From NCBI RefSeq assembly GCF_009834535.1, contig NC_045697.1, positions 55,926,001 to 55,990,000 on the forward strand: a DNA stretch of 64,000 nucleotides. Reading direction: 5' to 3'. Below, in pieces: positions 1 through 12,939 of the stretch. Each line of letters starts with the position of its first letter. Positions within the stretch are counted from its first letter, which is position 1. The position numbers and the translations under genes were made by a program. Source of the DNA: Camelus ferus. Its lineage: Eukaryota. A model generated the notes under the pieces. That model was not told the origin of the DNA. It did no database searches and saw only the letters and a program-made list of their open reading frames with translations.

Positions 1-248
1 CTGCAATAAAGTGAATGCAGCAATAAAGCTGTTTCCTAGTGAAAATATAACTTATGTTTATATTATACTATAGTCTATTAAGTGTGCAATAACACGTCTA
101 AATTTTTTAATTAATTTTAAAAATATTTTATTCCTAAAAATTGTTAACCTTCATCTGACAATGCAAGATTATCAAAACCCTTTAATTTATAAAAAATATA
201 ATATCTGTAAAGTGCAATAAAGCAAATAATAATAAAATGATGTGCCCG
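1..248. mobile_element. Tigger1-derived non-autonomous DNA transposon (Tigger1a-like MITE), left end outside window
   Basis: Both Tigger1 subterminal motifs (gcaataaag...atactatagtctattaagtgtgcaata; atatctgtaaagtgcaataaagc) are joined directly. Ends gtgcccg followed by TA, the Tc1/mariner target dinucleotide. Confidence 0.75.
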
Positions 249-1179
249 TAAAATCTTGGGGTGTTGAGCTGCCCATCCTATTAATACTATGTTGAAACAT
301 AGGAACGGTACAAAGGATTAGCGTTGTGAAGATGTGGGCAAAAGATTTCTGAGGATGTGCTATCCTGTCTCAAGGGAAAGCTATGCTTTTGTGCTAAGTG
401 CAGAGTTTGAAGTAAAAAGGAAGAAATTCCATGTAGAAGAGTTTAAGTGAAGTATTCTACCCTCAAGGAAGAATGCAAGTCCTCTCCCTTCCTCTCCACT
501 TACAAAGAAAGAATTGTCACATGGATCACAGCATGAGTGTTGTTCTTCATTACTAGATCTGGGCTCCTCAAAGAGAGCAGTATGTTTTTGGCTTGACTTT
601 GGTGGTGTTTTGCAATGAGATAGTTCTTTGCAATGTTTTGTGTTGCTATTTTTTCAGGTTCTTTTCCTAGTGAGGCTGTGTAGTCTGATAGCCTCGTGCT
701 TCCTCTTTTTCCTTTTCAGACATTAAATGTCCAAGTGGAAATGTAAGTTATAAAGATAAGAACTCAAGGAAAATATTATTTAAGTTTAGTTTTATATCAG
801 TCTTATCCTAAGGGCCAATAATATTCCTCATGGTTTAATCAAATCTTAGTGAGAATTACGAGATAATGGAAATACATAGTGATTTGGGGCCGAAGCTCCA
901 GTAAGTAACCAGCAAAAATTTTAATTCAGTGGTAGAAGTACACATCAAGTGTCCAGCAGGTTGGCTGGTAGTCTTTTGGGTATCTAAGACCTAGGAATAC
1001 TGTTCAAATATTTTTCTATCAAACACATAGCTAAAAACTTTATTTATTTAATTATAAACTACCATACAACATATCAAATATCACAAAAAAGTTAGAAATA
1101 AAATGATACATGAAATTCAAGAAGAAGAGAGTAAAATAAGTAACAAAAATTAAAAGGAAAGTGTGCTTAAGAAGTCTGA

Positions 1180-3556
1180 GCCACATGAGGACATAGCCCC
1201 ATTCACCAGAGGGCTGGCAGCAGCCCTATGCCACAAAGCCAGTCATGTAGTGACCCAGACTCACATTCTACCAGATCCACAACAGCCACACAGCACTAAG
1301 CCATGCAGCCAACCTATGGGAAGTCTACCTGCCCTACTGAGGGCCTACAGCCACAGTACAAAGCAGGTTCTCACAGCCACCTAGGCCTGTGACCAGCCCC
1401 ACTTATCAGCACACCCACAGTAGTTGGCCCCACCACAGGAGAAGGGTACATACAGCTCACATAGGGGCACCTCTAGAACATACGGCTTTGGGGACCACAT
1501 GGGAGCATGTCGTTGGACTACATAAGACATCTCCTAAATATGGCCACATCTTCAAGACCAGGAAATGCAAGTGACATACCTAATGTGAACAAATAAGCCC
1601 AGAGAATTAAGCAAAAGGAGGAGACCAAGGAATATGTTTCAAATGAAGAAGCAAGCTGGAACCACAGAAAATAACTTAACAAAGTGAAAATAAGCAATCT
1701 ACTCAATAAACAGTTCAAGCTAATGATCATAAAGGTACCCAATGAACACAGAAGAATAGACGATAATTTCAACAAAGAGTCAGAAAATACAAAGAATAAA
1801 CAGAGATGAATAATTCAATAACTGAAATTAAAAAAAAATACACCAGAAGGAATCAGCAGATGAGATGAAACAGAGAAATGTATCAGTGATTTCTGTGAGA
1901 CAACATCAAGCACATTAACACTTGCATTTCAGGGGTTTCAGAGAAGAGAGAGAGAAAGAGGTAGAGGATTTATATGAAGAAACAACAGCTGAAAACTTCC
2001 AAAACCTGGAAAAGGAAAATAGATCTGGCTTCAGAAAGCACAGAGTACCAAACAAGATAATGCAAAAAGCTCCATACAAAGATACTTAATAATTAAAAAT
2101 GGCAAAAAATAAAAGATGAAGAAAGAAGCTTAAAAGCAACTAGTTACTTACCAAGTAACTCCCATAAGACAATCAGATCAGGTGACTTTTCAGCAAAAAC
2201 TATGCAGGCCAGAAAGTAGTGGCACAATATATTCAATGTGATGAAAGGAAAAAAATCTACAACCAAGAATATTCTACTTGTCAAAGCCATCATTCACATT
2301 TCAAGGAGAGATAAAGAGTTTCACAGACAAGCAAAAATGCAAAGAAAGAACTCAGCACCACTATGCTAGCTTTACAAGAAATGTTAAAGGAACTTCACTA
2401 AATGGAAAACAAAGGGCCACAAACAAAATTATGAAAAGTATGAAAGGAAAAATCTCATCAGTAAAGGCAAATATACAGTGAAGGTAGAATATCAACCACT
2501 TATGAAACTAGTAGGAAGGTTGAAAAACATAAGGAATAAAATTACCTCTATCCATGATAAGTAGTTAAGGGATGAACAAAGCAAAAACATGTAAAATATG
2601 TCAAAAACATTAAACATCTGGAAGGGAGTGAAAATGCAGGGTTGTTAGAATGTGTTCAAACTTAAAAGATCATTAAATTAAAATAATCACATATAAATAC
2701 AGGTTGTTATATATGAACCTCACGGTAATCACAAACCAAACACTTACAATAGGTACACACAAAAAAAAGAGAAAGGAATCCAAGTATAACACCACAGATA
2801 GTCATCAAATCACAAGGGAAGATGGCAAAGAGAAAAGGAACAAAAAAACAAAAAAGAACTACAAAAACAAACAGAAAACAATGAACAAGATGGCAATCAG
2901 TACATACCTATTAATAATCACCTTAAATGTAAATGGACTAAATGCTTCAATCAAAAGACACAGAGTGGCTGAATGGATACAAAAATCAAGACCCATATAT
3001 ATGCTGCCTATAAGAGACTCACTTCAGATCTAAAGACACACACAAACTGAAAGGGAGGGGAGGAAAAAACGTATTACAGGTAAATAGACACAAAAAAGAA
3101 AGCTAGGTAGCAATACTTAAACTCGCAAAATACACTTCAAAACAAAGACTATAATAAGAGACATAGAAGGAAATTACATAATGATAAAGAGATCAATCTA
3201 ACAAGAAGATATAACAATTTTTAAGTATCAATGCACCCAAAATAGAAGCAACTAAATATGTAAGCCAAATATTAGCAACAATAAAGGGGAAATTAACAGT
3301 AATGCAATAATAGTAGGAGACTTTAACAGCCTATTTACATTAATGGACAGATAATACAGACAGCAAATCAGAAAAGGAAGCAACCACATTAAACACCACA
3401 CTGGTTCAAATAGATATATACAATACATTTCATCCAAAATCAGTGGCATGCACATTCTTTTCAAGTGCACATGAAACATTTTCCAGAGTAAATCACATGC
3501 TAGGCCACAAAGCAAGAAGATGGGAAATTAAGCTTAAGAAAATTGAAATTTACCAA

Positions 3557-3597
<41 letters not shown>

Positions 3598-5348
3598 TAC
3601 AGGCCAATATCACTGATGAACATAGATACAAAAATTCTCAAAAAACAATAGCAAATCAAATTCAGAAATACATTAAAAAGACCATATACAATGATCAAGC
3701 AGGATTTATTCCAGGGATGCAAGGATCGCTCAGTATGTACAAATTAATCAATGTGATACAACACATTAACAAATCGAAGAACAAAAATTGTATGATCAAC
3801 TTAATAGATGAAGGAAAAGCAATTAACCAAATTCAACATATAATCACAATAAAAACTCTCAAAAAAGTGGATATAGAGGGAACATACCTTAATATGATAA
3901 AGACCATGTATGACAAAACTACAGCCAATATCATATTCAACAGTGAATACCTGAAAGTATTTCCTCTAAGATAAGTAACAAGACAAAGATGCCCACTCTT
4001 GCCATTTTTATTAAACATAGTATTGGAAGTTCCACCCACAGCAGACAAGAAAAAGAAATAAAAGGAATCCAAATTGGAAAGAAAGAAGTAAAACTGTCAC
4101 TGTTTACAGATGACATGATACTATATATAATATCCTAAAGATGCCACCAAAAATTTATTAGAACTAATTAATAAATTCAGTAAATTTGCAGAAAACAAAA
4201 TTAATACGCAAAAATCTGTAGTATTCTATTCACTAATAGTGAATTATCAGAAAGAGAGATAGAGAAAACAATCCCATTTACATTTAGAGAAAAAGAATAA
4301 AATATCTAGAAATAAATCTAACCAAGGAAATAAAAAACTTATATTCTTTACACTATAAGACATTAATGAAATAAGCTGAAGAAAACATAAAGAAATGGAA
4401 AGATACACTGTGCTCATGGGCTTGAAGAATTAGTCAAAATGACCATACTTCTCAAGGCAATCTACAGCTGTAACACAATTCCTATTAAAATACCTACAGC
4501 ATTTTTCACAGAATGAGAATAATTGTCAGATTTGTATGGAGACACAAAAGAACTCAAAGTCAAAGCAACCTTAAGAATGAAGAACAAAGTTGGAAATACC
4601 ACACTTCATTATTTCAAACTATACTACAAAGACGCAGTAATCAAACCAGTACTAGACATATAGATGAAAGGAGCAGAATAAAGACACTCAAACTCATTCT
4701 TATATGGTCAATTAATCGATCACAAGGTAGGCAAGAACATAAAATAGGGAAAAGACAGCCTCTTAACTAAATGGCATTGGGAAAACTAAACAGCTACATT
4801 AAAAAAAAAATCAAACTGAACTATTTTCTCACACTATATACGAAAATAAGTATAAAATGACTGAAGACTTAAATCTGAGACCTGAAATCATAAAACTCCT
4901 AGAAGAAAACATAGGCTATGTTCTCCTTGACATCAGCCTTAGAAATATTTTTTTTTGCACTTGTCTCCTCAGGCCAGGGAAAGAAAAGCAAAAATAAACA
5001 AACAGGACCACATCAAACTAAAAAGGTTTTGTACAGTGAAGTAAACTATTTAAAAAAAAGGCAGACTACTGAATGGGAGAAGATATTTACAGACAATATA
5101 TTTGATAAGGTGTTACTATTCAGAATATACAAAAAATCATACAACTCAACTTCAGAAAAACAAAGAACCTAAATAAAAAATAAATGGCGGACCCTAATAG
5201 ACATTTTCCCAAGGAAAACATATAGATGGACAACAGACAGATAAGATGATTTTTAATATCCCTAATTATCAGGGAAATGCAAATCAAAACCACAATGAGA
5301 TACCACATCACAAATGTCAGAATGGCTATCATCAAAAAGACAACAAAT
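1180..5348 (+). mobile_element. Older near-full-length L1, 5' part (5'UTR, decayed ORF1 about 1600-2400, ORF2 from about 2890)
   Basis: ORF2 endonuclease start MAISTYLLIITLNVNGLNASIKRHRVAEWIQK; RT fragment DQAGFIPGMQG; many stops and frameshifts; internal deletion at the (AC)n near 3560. Confidence 0.92.
3563..3594. repeat. (AC)16 microsatellite at an L1 internal deletion junction
   Basis: Perfect AC run read directly. Confidence 0.95.
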
Positions 5349-8300
5349 CTCAAGCATCTTTACTGAACAAAATGCCATGAAACTAGAAATCAACTACAGA
5401 GAAACAAAGGAGAAAAAAAGGAAAGCATGGAGATTAAACAACATGCTGTTAAAAAAAACCAGTGGGTCAACGAAGAAATCAAAGTTGAAATTAAAAAAAA
5501 ACCTTGAGACAAAAGAAAATGAAAACACAACCACACAAAATTTATGGGTCACAGTGCTAAGAGGGAAGTTTATAGCGATACAGACCTTCCTCAAAAAAGA
5601 ACAATCTCAAATAAACAATTTAACCTACCAGCTAAAAGAATTAGAAAAAGAAGAGCAAAAAACCCCAAAAGTTAGGAGAAGGAAGGAAATAATAAAGATC
5701 AGGGAGGAAATAAACAAAACAGAGATTAAAAAAAATATAGAAAAAAAATCAATAAAACCAAAAGCTGATGTTTTGAAAAAGTAAATAAAATCAACAAACC
5801 TCTGGTCAAACTCACAAAGAAGAAAAGAGAGTACAAATAAGCAAAGTAAGAAAGGAAAATGGAGAAATTACAACAAGTGACATAGAAATACAGAATATCA
5901 TATGAGAATATTATGAAAAACTATATGGAACCAAAATGGATAACCTAGAGGAGATGGACAAATTTCTGGAAACACAGTCCACCAAGACTGAACCAAGAAG
6001 AAACTGACCACTTCAACAAACAGATCACTAGAAATGAAATCGAATTAGCAATAAAAAAACCTCCCTACAAATAAAAGTCCAGGACCAGACGGCTTCACCG
6101 GGGAATTCTACCTAACATACAAAGAAGAACTCATACCAGTCCTTCTCAAACTCTTCCAGAAGATTGAAAAGGAGGGAATACTCCTAAACTCATTCTACGA
6201 AGCCACCATCACCCTGATACCAAAACCAGGCAAAGATACTACCAAAAAAGAGAACTGTAGGCCAACATCACTGACGAATGTAGATGCCAAAATCCTCACC
6301 AAAATATTAGCAAATAAAATCCAACAGCACATAAAAAAGAATAGACATCATGACCAAGTGGGGTTCATCCCAGGGACACAAGGGTGGTTCAACATACACA
6401 AATCTATCAATGTAATACAACACATCAACAAGAGAAAGGACAAAAACCACATGATCATCTCAATAGATGCAGAAAAAGCATTTGATAAAATTCAACACCC
6501 ATTTATGATAAAAAATCTCACCAAAGTGGGTATAGAGGGAACGTATATCAACATAATAAAAGCTCTAAATGACAAACCTACAGCCAGCATAGTACTCAAC
6601 GGTGAAAAACTCAAAAGCTTCCCACTAAAATCTGGGACAAGACAAGGATGTCCACTATCACCACTCCTATTCAACAACATCTTGGAAGTCCTAGCCACAG
6701 CAATCAGGCAAGAGAGAGAAATAAAAGGGATCCAAATTGGAAAAGAAGACGTAAAAGTGTCACTATATGCCGACGACATATTACTATACATAGAAAACCG
6801 TAAAAGGTCCACACAAAAACTACTAGAGCTGATCGAAGAATTCAGCAAGGTAGCAGGTTACAAGATTAACGTTCAAAAATCAGTTGCATTTCTTTACACT
6901 AACGATGAATCAACAGAAAAAGAAAGTAAAGAAACAATCCCCTTTAAAATAACACCCACAGTAATAAAATATCTGGGAATAAATCTAACCAAGGAGGTGA
7001 AAGAATTATACACAGAAAACTAGAAACCATTGATGAAGGAAATTAAAGAAGACTTTAAAAAATGGAAAGATATCTCATGTTCCTGGATTGGAAGAATCAA
7101 TATTGTTAAAATGGTCACACTGCCCAAGGCAATCTACAGATTTAATGCAATCCCTATCCAATTACCCAGGACATATTTCACAGAACTAGAACAAATCATA
7201 GTAAAATTTATATGGAACCATCAAAGACCTAGAATTACCAAGCATTACTGAAGAGAAAGAAAGAGGCTGGAGGAATAACAATCCCAGACTTCAGACAATA
7301 CTATGGAGCTACAGTCATCAAGACAGCATGGTATTGGTACAAAAACAGACATACAGACCAATGGAACAGAACAGAGAGCCCAGAAATTAACCCACAAACT
7401 TTTGAGCAACTAATCTTCGACAAAGGAGGCAAGAATATACAATGGAATATAGGCAGTCTCTTCAGCAAACGGTATTGGGAAAACTGGATAGCAGCATGTA
7501 AAACAATGAAGCTAGAACACTCCCTTACACCATACACAAAAATAAACTCAAAATGGATCAAAGACTTAAACGTAAGACAAGATACAATAAACCTCCTTGA
7601 AGAAAATATAGGCGAAACATTATGTGACATACATCTCAAAAATGTTCTCCTAGAACAGTCTACTCAAGCAATAGATATAAAAGCAAGAATAAACTAATGG
7701 GACCTAATGAAACTTACAAGCTCCTGTACAGCAAAGGAAACCATAAGGAAAACAAAAAAGAGAACCTATGGAATGGGAGAACATTTTTCAAATGAAACCG
7801 ACAAAGGCTTGATCTCCAGAATATATAAGCAGCTCATACGACTTACTAAGAAAAAAGCAAACAACCCAATCCAAAAATGGGCAGAAGACCTAAACAAGCA
7901 ATTCTCCAAGGAAGACATACAAATGATCAAAAGGCACATGAAAAAATGCTCAATATCACTAATTATCAGAGAAATGCAAATCAAAACTACAATGAGGTAT
8001 CACCTCATACCAGTTAGAATGGCCATCATTCATAAATCCACAAATGACAAATGCTGGAGTGGCTGTGGAGAAAAGGGAACCCTCTTACACTGCTGGTGGG
8101 AATGCAGTTTGGTGCAGCCACTGTGGAAAACAGCATGGAGATTCCTCAAAAGACTAAGAATAGACTTATCATATGACCCAGGAATCCCGTTCCTGGGCAT
8201 ATATCCAAAAGGAACCCTACTTCAAAATGACACCTGCATCCCAATGTTCATAGCAGTACTATTTACAATAGCCAAGATATGGAAACAGCTTAAATGTCCA

Positions 8301-8804
8301 TCAACAGGTGACTGGATAAAGAAGAAGTGGTATATTTATACAATGGAATGCTACTTCAGCCATAAAAACCGACAACATAACGCCATTTGCAGCAACATGG
8401 ATGCTCCTGGAGAATGTCATTTTAAGTGAAGTAAGCCAGAAAGAGAAAGAAAAATATATATGATATCACTCATATATGGAGTCTAAAAATAAATAAATAA
8501 ACAAACAAAACAAACAAAACAGAAATACAAAACAGAAACAGATTCATAGACACAGAATACAAACTTGTGGTTGCCAAGGGGGTGGGGGTGGGTAGGGATA
8601 GACTGGGATTTCAAAATGTAGAATAGATAAACAAGATTATACTGTATAGCACAGGGAAATATATACAAGATCTTGTGGTACTCACAGAGAAAAAAATGTG
8701 ACAATGAATATATATATGTTCATGTATAATTGAAAAATTGGGCTCTACGCTGGAATTTGACACAAAATTGTAAAATTATTATAAATCAATAAAAAATGTT
8801 TAAA
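5349..8804 (+). mobile_element. Younger 5'-truncated L1 (ORF2 RT, CCHC domain, 3'UTR, poly-A), camelid-type 3'UTR, nested in the older L1
   Basis: Long ORF2 pieces ([17 protein letters not shown] at 6766-6777; [18 protein letters not shown]); CpGs retained; AATAAA 8788-8793 then an A tail; 15-bp TSD aaaaagacaacaaat at 5334-5348 and 8805-8819. Confidence 0.95.
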
Positions 8805-9740
8805 AAAAAGACAACAAATAACAAGTGTTGGCAGGGATGTGGATAAAAAGAAACACTTGTGCACTGTTGCTGAGATTTGGTGCAGCCACTATGGAAAGCA
8901 GTGTGGAGGCTTCTGACCGTTAGAAATGGAACTGCCATATGATCCATCAATTTAACTTCTGGGTATCTACCTGAAGAAAATAAACACAGTGATTTGAAAA
9001 GACAAATGTAGTCCAATGTTCACTGAAGCATAATTTACAGTAGCCAAAATATGGAAGTAACCTAAATGTTCACTGAGAGATAAATGGATAAAGAAGATGT
9101 GGCAGATAAATGAAAGAAAGGAAGGAAGGAAGGAAAGATGGAAGGAAGGAAGAGAGAAAGAATGAAAAAAGGAAGCAAGAAAGAGAAAGAAAGAAAGGAA
9201 GAGAGGAAGAAATATGGAAATAAGGAAAGAAAGAAAAAGAAAGAAAGAAAGAAAGAAAGAAAAGAAAAGAAAAGAAAAGAAAAGGAAAGGAAAGAATATT
9301 ACTGAGTTGTGAAATAAATGAAATCTTGCCATTTGTGACAACATGGATGGATCTAGAAGGTATTATGCTAAGTGAAATTAGTCAGACAAAGGCAAATATT
9401 GCATGATCTCTCATATGGAATCTAAAAACAAAATAAACATACAAAACAAAAGGAAAATAGACTTACAGATACCAAGAATAAACTGATGGTTACCAGAAGG
9501 GCCACAAGTGGGCAAAGGGGATTACAGGGTACAAACCTCCAGTTATAAAATAAATAAGCTATAAGGATATTATATACAGCATAAAGAATATGGTAAATAA
9601 TATTGTAATAACTTTATACGGGGACAGATGGTTACTAAATTTATCATGGTGATCATTTCATAATGTATGCAAATGTCAAATCACTATGCAATACACCTGA
9701 AACTAATATAATATTGTACATCAACTATATTTCAATTAAA
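8805..9740 (+). mobile_element. Older L1, 3' continuation (end of ORF2 and L1MA9-like 3'UTR)
   Basis: Resumes right after the TSD with aacaagtgttggcagggatgtgg. Ends cacctgaaactaatataatattgtacatcaactatatttcaattaaa. Confidence 0.9.
9112..9295. repeat. GAAA/GGAA/GAAAA purine-rich compound microsatellite inside L1
   Basis: Read directly. Confidence 0.95.
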
Positions 9741-9752
9741 GTTTTTTAACTG

Positions 9753-10082
9753 AAAAAGAAATGAGCTGTCAAGCCATGATAACATGGAGGAAACATCAAT
9801 ACATAATACAAAGTTCAAGAAGACAATCTGAAGAAGCTACGTACTGTATAATACTATATATGGAAAGGCCAAAATTATAGAGACAATAAAAGGATCAGTG
9901 ATTGTCACAGAATGGGGGTACAGAAGAAGGAAGGATGAATAGGTGGAGCATAGAGGATTTTTAGGGCAGTGAAATGACTCTGTGTGACACTATAATGTTA
10001 GATACATCACATTATATATTTGTCAAAACCTATAGAATGTACAACTCCAAGAGGGAACTTTAAAATAAACTACGAACTTCTG
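9753..10082 (+). mobile_element. L1MC1/2-like 3' end fragment
   Basis: gatgaataggtggagcatagaggatttttagggcagtgaaatgactctgt...gtcaaaacctatagaatgtacaac matches the recalled L1MC 3'UTR. Confidence 0.8.
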
Positions 10083-10459
10083 TAGATAAAAGAAGAAAAA
10101 TGTTTATCAATACTGTGTTAACAGCATTATGCATCTACTCAAGATTCTTGTTTGAGACCGACCATGCTCACACAAAGAATAACTCTGTTGAAGATGTTCT
10201 TTGTCATGTGCACAGACACACACACACACACAAATATCTTCACCTCCATTCACTTTCCAAACCAAACTGGACTGGGGTCAACTCTACATGCACAGACGAA
10301 AATGCAAGAAATAAAAGATGCAAGGTCACTGCCTGTGCTAATGTTATAACTTTTATCAACTGTTCCTAGATATTGATACACATACTAAGACCGAATTTTT
10401 ATACCGAGAACGTATGTTTATGACTACCATGAATAATAAGCATATTTTTATTCTTGTGT

Positions 10460-10517
10460 TCATGAAGCTTTGGAAGAGAAAACATCTAGAATAAGAGGAA
10501 GGTCATCTCCCAATTCC
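10460..10517 (-). CDS. Speculative terminal exon (coding part) of minus-strand transcript
   Basis: Weak acceptor (actttttgcgtag). Phase fits the 11435-11510 exon and reads (G)ELGDDLPLILDVFSSKAS*. AATAAA lies 8 nt after the stop. Confidence 0.2.
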
Positions 10518-11434
10518 CTACGCAAAAAGTTCTTTTCTTTGTTTACAGGACATAACCACATTACCATTTATAATCCTCTAAAATAGAGCTTCTTCCAAAT
10601 AGCTTTGTACTTCTCATTAGTAACTGTATATCCTATAATACACCACTGAGTACTTGCAAGCACTAGCATTCATGAAATACTTTTGAATTATGCATTGGCT
10701 AAAAGAAATAAATAAATAACAACACAAGAAATTATGTATTATCTGTGGAAGATAAACCAATTTTTGTCTATTTTCAAATAATCAGGATAGCTTTACTGTT
10801 CTTTGCATTCATTTGTAGTCTTTCCCTACTCTTTAATTGACTAATTTAATATTCTATTCCAAGACTGATTAAAATTTTATTGCTAGTAAAAATGGGTAAA
10901 AAAATAATATATTGAAATGAATTATTGTTCATAGAAGTAAATGGGTTAGTTTCTCTTAATAATTGCATTCTTTTTTTACAATTCATGTTCATAGAATATG
11001 GTCATAGAATTTTTACTGACTTAATCAGCTTGCCAAAAAACAAATGGTCACTGAAAATGTCAGTCAAATTAGTTGCCTGTTTAAATTGATGAGTCAATTC
11101 TGCTTAAATGGATACTCTACTACACAATTATTCATAGAGCCTTTGTAGTTGTAAAAGAACTAACTTAAAGCCAAAAGAAGTTACTAAATTTAAGAATGAA
11201 TGGCTCTTCCTGTATGAATGTAATGCTCTATTTACAATCAAATCTGATAAGATGTTAATTAGTTCCTTGATTTTTTTCTGAGCTAGCTGATGCATAATAG
11301 AGTACAACTTAATTCAGTGCCCCTGTTTCTTGCAAGATAAGTGTCAAAGTATATTATTCTAAGAAATTGATTGATGTAATAAGTAATACATAGAATTTTA
11401 AATTAAAATTTACAAATCTAACATACACAATTAC

Positions 11435-11510
11435 CCTGCCCCGGTTAAATCAGTATTGTAGGTACGGAAATCTGTACTTGTGTAGATTGATGGTTTTTCA
11501 GAGAAATGAC
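11435..11510 (-). CDS. Candidate 76-nt internal exon of unidentified minus-strand transcript
   Basis: Minus strand: branch-like ctctaat, then gtttcttttgatattgtag acceptor; donor AGG|gtaatt. Only one frame is open, (G)HFSEKPSIYTSTDFRTYNTDLTGA(G). Two CpGs persist in non-repeat, CpG-poor sequence. Confidence 0.45.
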
Positions 11511-12693
11511 CTACAATATCAAAAGAAACATTAGAGAATGGAAGTCTTCAAGGAAAATGACCCTGTGATCACTTTAACATTGAGGTCCTTGCTCATCTTT
11601 CTCAGCTGAAGCACCTTGTGAAGATTGCTGACAGGAAAAAAAGTTACAGAAAAAAATTCAGACCATCTAAAGAATTTGTTTTTGATACAACCATGTGGAA
11701 GGGAAAGTCCATGATATGAGTGGGTGAGTAGACACTAGCAGTGAGTGTGTAACAGAACTTTCCTAGTACTTCTTCAAGTGCTCTCATGAAACAAATTAGG
11801 ACGGCTTTACCCTAGTGGAAGAACAAAAAACTGGGATAAGGACTTGCTTTAATTTATCTGTAGGCAGGCACCACTTTTCACCTACAATTCAAAGTGACAG
11901 GACAGAATTTATGGCATCTTCTGACCACTCTGGCTCCCTGTGGGAGTACGGAAAGAATCACTCCTCCTTCCAACTTATTATACCCATTATAATCCATGGT
12001 AAATTAAAAAACCCTTAGCTCTAGAGCTTCATTTGCTCTGTTTGTTCTGTTCTCTTTTAATGTGCCTTACATATCACTTTCCATTATGCCAAACAGAAAT
12101 GTAAAAGAAATTAAGTATTTTAGATAGTACTCCCCAGCTTGGTTTCTAGCCCATCTTCTTAAGGCATATTCTTTTTTGGCATACTTTGTAAAGTGTGTTT
12201 TACTTTTAGCAGGTTAGATGCTATATGTTTAAAAACCTTGGATTTTTATAGAAAAATGTACTGCTGATTCCTAAAAGCAACTCAGAGCAGAACTTTAATT
12301 TGTTTGCTTAGTCAACAAATATTTATTGAACATAAACAATGAACCAGGCATTACTCTAATTTAGAAGTGTTCTGCCCCTATAAGTTGAATTACTGTACAA
12401 AAAAATAAATAAACACACAATTATAATACAATGTAATGAGATATTATCCTTAAGGTAAAATACTATGCAGAAGGAAGTATAGCTAACTGTCTCAAGAAAA
12501 TAAGAAAAAGTCAGTCATGGTTTGTTGAATGAATGCACTCACATAGGTCATAAGAATTCAATTAAATCTTAAAGACTAAATAACAATTCCCATTAAGAAG
12601 ACTAGAAACAACCCAAAGAAAAACAATCACAAGGAATGTGAACAGACTAAATAGATAGAAGAGAGGTAGGTAGAGAGATAGACAGATGTGTGT

Positions 12694-12714
12694 GAGAGAG
12701 AGAGAAAAAGAGAC

Positions 12715-12774
<60 letters not shown>

Positions 12775-12820
12775 AGGGAGAGGGAGAGGGAGAGGGAGAG
12801 GGAGAGGGAGAGGGAGAGAG
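12694..12820. repeat. (GA)n + (GGGAGA)9 compound microsatellite
   Basis: Read directly; explains the RE/RG and LS/PS ORFs. Confidence 0.95.
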
Positions 12821-12939
12821 CACGAGCATAGAGCTCAGTGTGCAACTCCAAGGTCACAGAATGACCGGTTCATTGGTTACTCATTAAATGATTTTGTTTA
12901 CTTCAAAGCCCATGCACTTCTCATTGAGACTTTAGATTT

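Noticed and set aside
720..742. Plus-strand 23-nt micro-exon (ttttccttttcag|...|gtaagt)
   Set aside because: Splice-like flanks are good, but the body (gtccaagtggaaatgt) resembles an L2 motif, the length shifts frame and there is no linked plus-strand promoter in view.
6358..8429. Long RT and CCHC-containing ORFs as a host gene or novel RT system
   Set aside because: Ordinary L1 ORF2 pieces broken by stops and frameshifts in a 5'-truncated copy lacking ORF1 and most of the endonuclease.
10524..10560. Plus-strand acceptor tcttttctttgtttacag
   Set aside because: No nearby donor and the frames close quickly.
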